Assembly: GCF_026210795.1 (NCBI RefSeq)
Contig: NC_089435.1
Coordinates: 4,588,001 to 4,652,000 of the forward strand
Length of the DNA: 64,000 nt
Direction of reading: 5' to 3'
DNA from: Rhizophagus irregularis
Taxonomy: Eukaryota
A program made the position numbers and the translations under genes. A model generated the notes under the pieces. The model was not told the origin of the DNA. It was given only the letters and a program-made list of their open reading frames with translations, and searched no databases. Shown one piece after another: positions 54,218 to 64,000 of the stretch; position 1 is the first letter of the stretch; each line of letters opens with the position of its first letter.

Positions 54218-55532
54218 CAGATGGTGATCAAAAGTATGCGGACATTTTTTAAAATAAAAATTTCATATAAAATAATATAATAAAAATAAAATTTATTAAG
54301 TAAATATATTAATCTGATTGTCCTTTATTAATTTTATGTAAAAAAAAATTATATATTAATAATTAATACTATATCCATTTGCAGCAATAACTGCCTCAAT
54401 TCTCTGTGGCATGCTATCAATTAATTTTTTATAATATTCTGGAGGAATATCATCCCACGCATCTTTAACATATTTCTCAAGTACTTTGATATTAGATGGT
54501 GGTGGGTCACGTCGATGCACCATTGCTTTCATTTCTGCCCACATGTTCTCTATGGGGTTCAAATCGGGGCTTTGTGCTGGCCATTGAAGCACCACAATTT
54601 TGGCATCTTCACGGGTGGCCATAGCGACTTTTGAACGATGTGGTGGAGCATTGTCTTCTTGAAAAATTCCATTACCCTGTGGAAAATGCTCATCCAAAGT
54701 AGGTACAACATAGTTTTGAATAATTTTAGCATGAGTTTGACCTGTAACTGAGCCTTTTAACGGAACAATTGGTCAGCCCACGCCAGGAGAAACAACCCCA
54801 AAACATTCTGCTAGGACTGTGTTTAACGGTAACTGCAATACAATCAGGATTCAATTCTTCTCCTGGTTCACGCCAAACCCTTCCCCGACGACCTTTCTGA
54901 AATTGTGTAAAAGTGCTTTCATCTGAAAAAAGCACTCTTCTCCATTTTCTTGTTGTCCAATCTCTGTGCGCAAGAGCCCATTCAAGACGAGCCTGACGAT
55001 GTGCTTCTGTCATTGCAGGTTTATGACGGGAATACAGGCACTAAGTCCAACCTTTTTGAGGTTTCGGCGTATGGAAGCACAGAACAGGTTGCTTTTTACG
55101 AGCTGTCCAAACAGTTGCAAGCTTTTTTGAACAAAGTCGACGATTTTCACCATTTTCTTTAACAAAAGCTTTGAGTTCTTGTCGTGCTGGTGAGTCAAAG
55201 AGTGGAGGGCGACCTGATTTTTTTTTTTGGTGTGAAAGAGCCAGTTTCACGAAAATGTTTAAGTACATCATAAACAGCAGTTTTACTACACCCCAAGTGT
55301 TCTGCAATTAAACGGCCCGATTGTCCACAATTATAACCATAAATAATCGCATATCGGGTTTTTGGGGTGAGTGGCTTCATATTTGGTGAATGTTTACTAA
55401 AAAAAAAACATTGGGGAGGTTTTTATTATGATATAAGGCGTTAAATGACGTATTGTTTATATTACGTCATCACGTGATGATCGGCATAATTTTGGCAAAT
55501 TAAAATGTCCGTATACTTTTGATCACCATCTG
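54218..55532. mobile_element. Tc1-family DNA transposon, full length
   Basis: TIR cagatggtgatcaaaagtatgcggacatttt (1 mismatch), TA on both sides (54216-54217, 55533-55534). Confidence 0.95.
54356..55380 (-). pseudogene. Tc1 DD34E transposase, frameshifted
   Basis: HTH N-terminus, SGRPP, VLFSDES, FQEDNAPPH, SPDLNPIENMW with 34 residues between D and E; split across frames. Confidence 0.92.
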
Positions 55533-55851
55533 TATATATTAAAAGCAGCTTTTACCAAAAATATTTTTATTTTTGCAAAATTTAAACTTTTACTGTATTT
55601 CTAAAAGTTTTAACAACTATATACTGGATAGCTAGATTTTAATACTTGTATTGTGTAAAATTTTTCTATTAGTTTTTTATTTTTTAAAAGTAATACAAAG
55701 GTTTTTTTATAAAATACTAATTAAAGTAAGAATAATTATTTAAAAAGCAGACTTTTTTAATCATTAGTTAATATATAAAAGGTAAAAATAAAAAAATTTT
55801 AATTTTTTTTTTCTCTAGTTTTTTCTTTAAGTTTTCTGTGAATATTATAAT

Positions 55852-56073
55852 TAATATTACTAGAAAAACTAAAGAATTTTAGCAAATTGATAAAATACTA
55901 AAATAGTGAAATTTTGCCAAAACTATATGAAAGTTTTATTAAAAAGTTATCAAAACTCTAGAAAAAACAAAACCTAACAAAACTTATTATAAATGGCAAA
56001 ATTACTGAAATTTTGTTAAAATTATAATAAAACTATAGTAAAATCTCAAAGAAACTAATTGTAAAATTTTGAA
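55852..56073. repeat. AT-shifted inverted copy of repeat at 161-696 lacking the MITE
   Basis: Manual alignment; empty site near 55955-55970. Confidence 0.8.
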
Positions 56074-56929
56074 GAATGAATTGATTAGCAGAGAGTTTAC
56101 AAAATATAGTATTATTAGTTTATTAGTTAAATATTTAATTTAGTCTAATATAAATCATTATATATTAACTGAATTATTTTTATAATTTGAATTAAAGTAC
56201 TATTTTAATAAAAAGATAAAGAAATTCTATAAGAATTATAAAGAGATTAAACTAACTTTAATTAATTTATTTATTATGCTTATTTTATATTTTTAGCAAA
56301 CTAATAAATCTAATACCTACCTTTTTATACTTATCATAAAAAAATTATGCGTTTTTACACTTATAATTTAATTCAATCTTAATAATAGTATTCTTAAAAA
56401 AAGAAAAATAGCTTTTTATTATTTGTTAAAATAATTCTAACTCGCATATATTTAAAAATCCAATAATATTCCAATTTAATACTTTTTTTTAAAGTATTTA
56501 TGTAATACTTTAAAGAATATTGATTTGAATTTACATCTAAAATTAATAGTTAATCAATATATAATTATAATAAATGCATTTGAGTACTAGTATTATTGTA
56601 TACTATATTACTAAAGGAAATTCTTATTCTAAAATTATTTTGTCACATAAATACAGTTATACAAATAATTACTTATTATATTATATTTATTCAGAAACAT
56701 ATAAAAAGAGATAAAGCAAAGTAAAAAAATAAATTAATTTATATAATAATTATATATAAATATGAAATATACTATATTATTTTAATAAAAAAACTATAGT
56801 TCCAAAAATTCAGTATACATACTCACAATTATTATTCAAATTTGAGAAATCTATACTATTATCCTTTCTTTTGATAGTAACTGAAAATATTCAGATTTAA
56901 AATGGTCAATTTTTAGTAAATTATATGTA

Positions 56930-57819
56930 CAGTCGCCTCGGAAAGTATTGCACGATCACTTACAGATGGAGGTCATAATTATTCAGCCACTATGATTATC
57001 CTAGTATCTAGTGATCTGAATTTGATAAATAAAAGCTCATTGGATTTGTCACATCAAGATGAGTCAAATGTTAGTTGTGTCATATCTTTAAGATCAATAA
57101 ATGCCGAGATATACCTTAAAACATTCTTTACTTGAAAATTCTTCAGAATTCTGAATTTCACAAAATCAGGAATATCTCACTATTCAATGGTCCGATTTTA
57201 ATGATCAAAGGCTCATTGGATTTGTCTTATCGAAAAGCGTTGAATGATAGCTGGATCATGTGTATAACATTAGTATATCACAGGTTAATATCCAAAACGT
57301 CCAAAATATGTTTTAATGCACACTTTAGCATATATTGATTTTAGAGGTATGTGCCAAGCACCATTCAACTCATCTTGATAAGACGAATCCAATGAGCCTT
57401 TGATCGTCAAATTCGGATCACTGGGTGTCAAGATAATCACAAGTGGCAAAATTATTATAACCTTCATCTTAAGCCAAAAATCAGCTAAAATTAAATAAAA
57501 TTGCAACTACTGATTTACCAATAAATTTATTTGGTTTAAACCAAGTAAAGAACAATTAGAAACGATCCAATATATTGCCCAGAAGTGTGACTCCCTCTCA
57601 AGAGCTGTAGGTGAACTTAAAGCTGTAATGAAGGAAAAATAAAAATTTAAATAGTTCTGTTTTTGAAAAGGCTGCCACCCTGGCATTGTGAAAATTTGTT
57701 GTAGTATGAGAAGTAAACTAGATATAAACTTTTTATTAATACATATACTAGTGGAAAAATATGAATATTTTTATTTTTGTCTTAATTTTCAAATCGTGCG
57801 ATACTTTCCGAGGTGACTG
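56930..57819. mobile_element. Non-autonomous Tc1/mariner element
   Basis: 27-bp TIR cagtcgcctcggaaagtattgcacgat (2 mismatches), TA flanks; internal direct and inverted copies of gctcattggatt.gtc..atc.a motif. Confidence 0.88.
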
Positions 57820-57873
57820 TACCTGTTATTCTATAACTATATTCATTACTTATATTCTGAAAATTTAATAAAG

Positions 57874-58050
57874 TATACATGCTGCCCAAATTATTTTGGG
57901 ATGCCATAATTATAATTTGGGATGCCATAATTCATTCAATTTATATATAATTTACTATGTAAAGTGCCAAAATAATTTGGGATGCCATAATTGAATTTGG
58001 GATTTTACTTATAATTACGGCAGCCCAAAATAATTTGGATGGCATGTATA
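57874..58050. mobile_element. hAT-type MITE
   Basis: About 40-bp imperfect TIR tatacatgc..ccaaattattttggg; 8-bp TSD taataaag at 57866-57873 and 58051-58058. Confidence 0.88.
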
Positions 58051-58821
58051 TAATAAAGTCTTTATTGTCATTCTTCTAGAATTTTTTGTTAATACAATAA
58101 TAACTGAAAGACATATTATTATCTGTCTTAAAAAAGATAAAATAAAAAATTATTTTCAATGTCAAACAGTTTCAGAAAAATACTTCACATAATTATATAT
58201 TATAAATTTTATCTTTTAATTTAATTTTAATAATTGATATTTTTAAATAAGATAAAATTGTTTAAATATACAATAGTTTAAATATTAATTTGTATTTCAA
58301 TCTTTTAAAAACTTTCAGAAATTAAAAGAAAACATTAAATAAAAGACTTTTACTAACAGTTAAATTTGCCATGAATTTATCTCTAAAAGCCTATAATAAA
58401 GATAATAAAAGTACATAAGAGCTAATAAGAGATTTGAAGATTAAGGTAAACCCAGTATAAAATTGTAAAAATATAAATAAATTGAGAAATATAATAGAAA
58501 ATAATATATTGCATTAGTATAAAATTTATTACCTAAAATAAAAATAATAAAAATGAACCTTTATATTTATTAATATAATCTATATATAATAATTTGTTTA
58601 TTTATTATTGAATTAAAAAGATTTTATATCAAGCCAATAAAATTGATATACTGTAAGTGCTAAAATAAGACTAATTTATATTCATTACTATTCTGATGCT
58701 TATACTAATAATAAAAGCAAACTGAATGATAAAATACCAAAATGGTGAATTTTTTCCATTTGAATTTCATCATTAGAATCTAACAACAACAACAATAATA
58801 ATTAATAATATTAACAATAAA

Positions 58822-58933
58822 ATCTATATCTATATCTATACTTCTATATCTATATCTATATCTATATCTATATCTATCTATATCTATACTTCTATATCTA
58901 TATCTATATCTATATCTATATCTATATCTATAT
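58822..58933. repeat. (atatct)n hexamer microsatellite
   Basis: Directly visible, with two tatacttc variants. Confidence 0.9.
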
Positions 58934-59550
58934 CAACAGGTGGACATCCTTATATCACCTTGCCAATCATTTGCCGATCTTATAGTAAATTGGGTGATAT
59001 CAGACTTTAAAGTTTTGGCCAAAGTCACAGAAGTTTGGCCGAAGCTTGAAACTTTTATAGGTCATAGTTTAGCTTATTTAAAATCAATGGCTGAAGTAAT
59101 CATTCCTAATTTTAGGTAATTAAGAAGTTATGGCTAAATTTATACTTGCAATTATATTTGCTATAATTTATATAATAAATAGAAAATTTTCAAAATGCAA
59201 TTTCTTAATCAATTTGACATAAAAAATTTATGAAATTACTATTAAAATGTTTGTCTTGACAAGATGAATCTAAAAAGTTATAAAACATTAAAATTTAATC
59301 ACTGGTTGTCACAATATTATTAAAATAATTTAATTTTCAAATTATTATTAAAATTCAGCCCATTTTTGGGTTTTAGTTAATTTTTGGATTTGAAAATATT
59401 AATTTTTGGACTTTGGATGAATTTTGATAACAAATAAAATTTATATAGTTAAATTTGCAAAAAAATGGCATTTTTTATGTGATAATATTAAAATAGATGA
59501 TCGGCAAAATGATCAGCAATAATGTAATAATATAAGGATATCCTAGCAGT
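58934..59550. mobile_element. Diverged MITE related to 60552-61190, opposite orientation
   Basis: Left end caacaggtggacatc..atcaccttgccaatcatttgccgatc matches the reverse complement of 61143-61190; internal cttgaaactttt shared; right end degenerate. Confidence 0.65.
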
Positions 59551-60281
59551 ATTACATATACATATCTATATCATATCTTATACATACCAGTGTTAGCGGC
59601 AGCCGTTTTACCCGTTTGGCGCGTGAAATAAATGCCAATACCGCTAATAAAGTATTGGTATTTTGTTATTTCGGAAAATTTGGCCAGGGTTGGCCATTGG
59701 CCATTTTGCCATTTTAGCCGGCCAAATCGGCCAAAAAAATTCTTGGCTAACGGCGAAATGCCAACGCTATACATCTTATATAATAATTGTTTTTGTGTGT
59801 AATCGTAATGTTTAGACTACCCTGTATAAATAAATTTAAATTACGTAACATTGCTCCTATTGGGCACTTTATCACGTGACATTACACTAACTTCCAAAAA
59901 AGGAAAATTTACTTCCCATCAAAATAGGGAATTTTGGTTTCACAAATATTCTATAAAAGGAAATTTCTATGCCAATCACATAATTCTGGCCAGAATTAAT
60001 TGTTACATGCAGGTCACGCTTTTTATATGTATGTATACGGTATACCGTTGCAAAGTAATAGATTAACGGCTAGTATAATCATGATAATCATAATAATAAT
60101 AATGATAATAATAATAATGTAAATATTATTGCAGTATAATTGTATTAATAATAATAAATTTATATTAATATTATTATCAGTAATATACATATATATAATA
60201 AATAAAAAAATACTTTTCTATTTCTTCTGAAAGTAAACAGTAGAAGAATACTACTTTGAAAAGTAGTAGTACTATTACTAA

Positions 60282-60467
60282 TAAAGTTGCTTGCCGAAAA
60301 TAAAAAGGCTATTATCGAAATGGTAAAAATAATTTCAACATTTCGATATGATGAAATGACAAAATTATTTTATTATTAAAATTGATTAAAATGCAAATGA
60401 CGAAATGGAAAAATAATTTCGACAATTTCGACATGATGAAATTCACTAATTTTGACAAGCAACTTTA
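60282..60467. mobile_element. hAT-type MITE
   Basis: TIR taaagttgcttg/caagcaacttta; 8-bp TSD attactaa at 60274-60281 and 60468-60475. Confidence 0.88.
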
Positions 60468-60551
60468 ATTACTAATAATAAAGCTAAAAAGCTAAAAAGC
60501 AACAATTACATATACTGAAAAAAAAATCTTGAAAATTATGACAGAATATGA

Positions 60552-61190
60552 CAACAGGGCGGACATCTCTATTTTATCACGATTTTGCTGATCATTTTGC
60601 CAATCATTTGTCCAATATTGTCACAAAAAAATACTGTTAAAGTTTATTTTTTTTACAAACTCTATATAATAATGTATAAAATTTTGATTTTATTTACTTT
60701 ATTTATATACTATTAATAAATTAATTTATAAAATAGTTCATGAAGATTTTACTAAATATTAGCCTTATATTAACCTTAATAATTGCAAGTATTCTTTTAA
60801 TGATAACTTTTTGTTTATTAAAAATTATTCATGTTTATTTTAGCCATAGATTCTTGAATACTTAAATAATATATTATAAAAGTTTCAAGTTTCACCTGAA
60901 TATCTGTGGCTTCTCCCGAAGCTTCAAAGTCAAATTAGCAAATGATAGGCATATGATTTGTAAATACTAATTATTGAATATTTTGGCCTAAATCTAACTT
61001 TGGCACTACATTTTTTTTTACCACAATAATTTTATAGTATATTTTTGATAACCTAAATTACCAAACAAAATGATTATAAATTTTTTTTGAGCAAATATGG
61101 CTTTGCTTGAAGCCCTCAAAAAACATGATAATCAATATATATGATCGGCAAATGATCGGCAAGGTGATAATTAGCATGTCCGCCCTGTTG
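60552..61190. mobile_element. MITE with CAACAGGG termini
   Basis: Perfect 15-bp TIR caacagggcggacat/atgtccgccctgttg; flanking duplication aatatga (7 bp; 9 bp gaatatgac if the terminal base is excluded). Confidence 0.88.
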
Positions 61191-61289
61191 AATATGACCC
61201 TTCTTTTAAAGGATAATATTCACAAAATAGTTATTTATAATAATGTTTTTTTTAAATAGTCCTAATTTAATATTCTAAACTACTTTAAG

Positions 61290-62325
61290 AAATGGGTTCA
61301 TATAATAGCAATAAAATTGAAATTACAGAAGAAATACATCATGTTTACTGTATCAATAAATTTCTTCAAGTCAGTTTTAAGATACTGAAACAATGGAGTA
61401 TAAACTGCTTCATTAGAAAATTGCCTGTATAATAGTTTTCAGTAATCTGAGATCTAAAACAATGCAAAGAACCCAAAAAATTCTAGGCTGTCTTAATAAA
61501 TATTCCTGAATCTATGATGATAAATATATTATATTTTACTGAAAATCTAGCTCAATTACTACTTGCATCTACAGAATGCAAAGCTTTCAAGATAGTTTAA
61601 GACAAGGCATACTGTAAATTAATAATGTATTACAACTCTTGGATGGACCTGAATAAGGTTACTAATATGAATTTCACTTTACAAGAATTTTCAGGTATAT
61701 GAAAGAGATACTTAACACCAGTCATGAATAGGTCTAAAAATAGACCACCAAAGAAAGATTTTTACTACAAGCAGAACTAAGATAATGATCCAAAAGTTGT
61801 ATATAAGAATTCAGGTAACAAAAAACAGAAGGGCAAGTCTTTTGGAAAAAAACTTTAACGGTTCAGATAAACATGGTTTTGGCTGAAATTAAATACTAAT
61901 TAAATTCTTATTAAGAAGACTGAAAGGAAGACTGTACAAATTTGGTAAGCTATAGGCAGGGCAAATGGAACACTATAGTGATTACTTCATACCTGAATAA
62001 TTTTTTAAACCCTTTAATTTTTACCCTGACTTTTTTTGTTATTACTCCTTTTATTTTGTTTTTAGCTTCAGGGTTCATGTTGCAGTTACAGTAAGTCACC
62101 AGAAGGAGGGTTCCCCTTTAAGAAAGAATTGTTTCAAACAACACTTACTCCCCTAGCTAGAGTTTCCAACTGACAGTACACTTATGAGGTCTTTGTATAT
62201 ATGATGGAAGGTTTAATGCTTAATGAATTAGAATAAATGTAATTTGTTCTTAATTTATTCGTTTTTCTATTCTAATAAAGTATTAAATGTGCTGCAGCCA
62301 AAATAAATAAATAAATAAATAAATT
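61290..62325 (+). mobile_element. Probable decayed LINE 3' end with (taaa)n tail
   Basis: Coding-like composition riddled with stops, then a UTR-like segment ending aataaa...gctgcagcc followed by aaataaataaataaataaataaat. Confidence 0.35.
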
Positions 62326-62659
62326 ATGAAATATTTCATTACACTAATATTATTATGTATATATATACAGTATATATAAAAAAAATATAAATATTGCTTA
62401 TAAATCAGCTAACAATATTCTAAAATCATTTGATATAGACCGTAAACGTCAAGATCTGATTCTATGATCACCATATGATTGCATGATATTGACCGTAAAA
62501 TATCAAATACTATTCACAAATCGGGCATCATAAAATCGCCCTTAAATATCCACAAATCAGACGAATATAACCAAAAATCACCCGGTATATTTGCAAACAG
62601 GTTAAGACTATTTTTATTAATTTGACTTGTGTATTTAGCCAAAGGCATTGTTACATTCC

Positions 62660-63885
62660 TCAGTAAAGGTGTCCATATTCACGTTCAGATATAGCTTGGA
62701 GCAAAGTATCATTTTTATATAAGAAGTAGAAGTGTTGGAGAAGGTGCTGAACATAAATTAAGTCGTTTGATGCAGTAGAGTAATTGATTAAAATTTCGCC
62801 CAGGCATCTGCCTAAAGATTCCAAGTCTCTTATATGTTTAAACTTATCTAAAAACTGCATGACACCTTCCTCACAATTGACTAGAAACTTATCAATTGTT
62901 CTTCCCTTGGTAAAATTTACTGCCTTTATCTCCTTGTCTTGAAGTTGATTTGCGATAAATATTTTATAATCAAGGGGCAAATATTTTGTACAAACTGTAT
63001 TATAAAAATTTATCACCCAATTGATATGGTGCCTCATCTCGTTTGTAGTCTAGCACGTCCATATAATCATAAATAAGCTTGTCACCTGGTAAAACACGCA
63101 TTTGATATGCTTTTAGAGCATCACTTGCAATATCTTGTCGTTTTTTGGTCGTTGGCTTTTTATTTTCAACTTCCTTTGTAGATGTGCTCGATTCGGTCGT
63201 TTTGTCCTTCGATTCATCAGTCAGAATATGAACACTCATCGGAAGTTTCGCGAAAAACATTTGTGAGCGAAACAGTCTTTTATTTTCAACTTCCTTTGTA
63301 GATGTGCTCGATTCGGTCGTTTTGTCCTTCAATTCATCAGAGTCAGAATATGAAACTCATCGGAAGTTTCGCGAAAACATTTGTGAGCGAAACAGGTACT
63401 ATTTCAGAATCGGAAGATGAACGCTCATCATCATCATATGATAAATAGCTCCTTTGTCTTTTTGGTAAAGATACTTTCACAGATGGGTCAATTGATTTTT
63501 TATTCTGCAGATATAATAATCGTCGTTAAAAAATACTCACATAAAATTCGAGACATTTAAATTATGTTTTTTTGTGGACAAAAATTTAAGATATATACCG
63601 ACCCTTTTTCTTTTTTCGTGATTCAAGTGGTTCTTCTTGAACTCGTTTGCGTTCATTCACACGGGTTTCAATTCTTTTTGTAACATCTCCCTGTAGTGCA
63701 CGATAGCTGATAAGGAACAGACAATAAGTAAATGGTGGTGCACTGGTACAGTCATCAAGAAGCAAGCAGCCTTTCCCGATGCAAGCAAGCAGCCTGCATG
63801 GTAATTGATGAGGCACATCATGGAATATAACGAGTATACTTGCCGTGAAATCTCGTCTCCACTTTAACAGCTTGACTACCGACAT
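62660..63885 (-). pseudogene. Fragmented hypothetical gene (frameshifted; may continue beyond window)
   Basis: Overlapping ORFs 62660-63037, 63000-63332 and 63586-63885 in different frames, intron-like gap ~63510-63601; no recognisable domain. Confidence 0.45.
63156..63395. repeat. 120-bp tandem duplication
   Basis: cttttattttcaacttcc...gtgagcgaaacag occurs at 63156-63275 and 63277-63395 with small indels. Confidence 0.9.
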
Positions 63886-64000
63886 TTCGTCATATTGTTT
63901 GCCGATGGTGTCCAGTCTTTATTGTATCGATCATGCTCCGTTTCTTTTCTTCCAGACCACCTACCTACTCGTAAGCGGAAATCCAAGAACTTCATGAGAG

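Noticed and set aside
57132..57506. ORFs with IKGSLD.SY motif on both strands
   Set aside because: Translations of the internal inverted repeats of a non-autonomous Tc1-like element.
59588..59769. Possible hAT MITE (cagtgttagc / gccaacgcta)
   Set aside because: TIR short and imperfect and no clean TSD; probably a repeat but boundaries unsupported.

Overview
Very AT-rich, intron-containing eukaryotic DNA whose gene content and repeat families look like an arbuscular mycorrhizal fungus (Glomeromycota, Rhizophagus-like; taxonomy is inference). Layout: (1) 1-6 kb repeat-rich spacer with MITEs; (2) 6-21 kb gene block: 7TM GPCR-like gene, small conserved membrane protein, membrane-anchored SET-domain protein, COP9 subunit CSN5, minimal PARP-like ADP-ribosyltransferase, degenerate NmrA-like protein, F-box protein; (3) 21.5-41.7 kb head-to-tail array of eight type II membrane GDP-fucose O-fucosyltransferase-like genes (six apparently intact, two pseudogenes), interleaved with one intact NTF2-like gene and several decayed co-duplicated copies of it; (4) SH3 protein (NBP2-like) and acetyl-CoA synthetase; (5) 47-62 kb transposon graveyard with a full-length decayed MULE, a decayed Tc1 DD34E element, many MITEs with clear TSDs, and LINE 3' relics; (6) a broken hypothetical gene with a 120-bp tandem duplication at the window end. 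The strongest candidates for new biology are the diversifying fucosyltransferase array and the transmembrane SET protein resembling chlamydial NUE. Splice models were made by eye.
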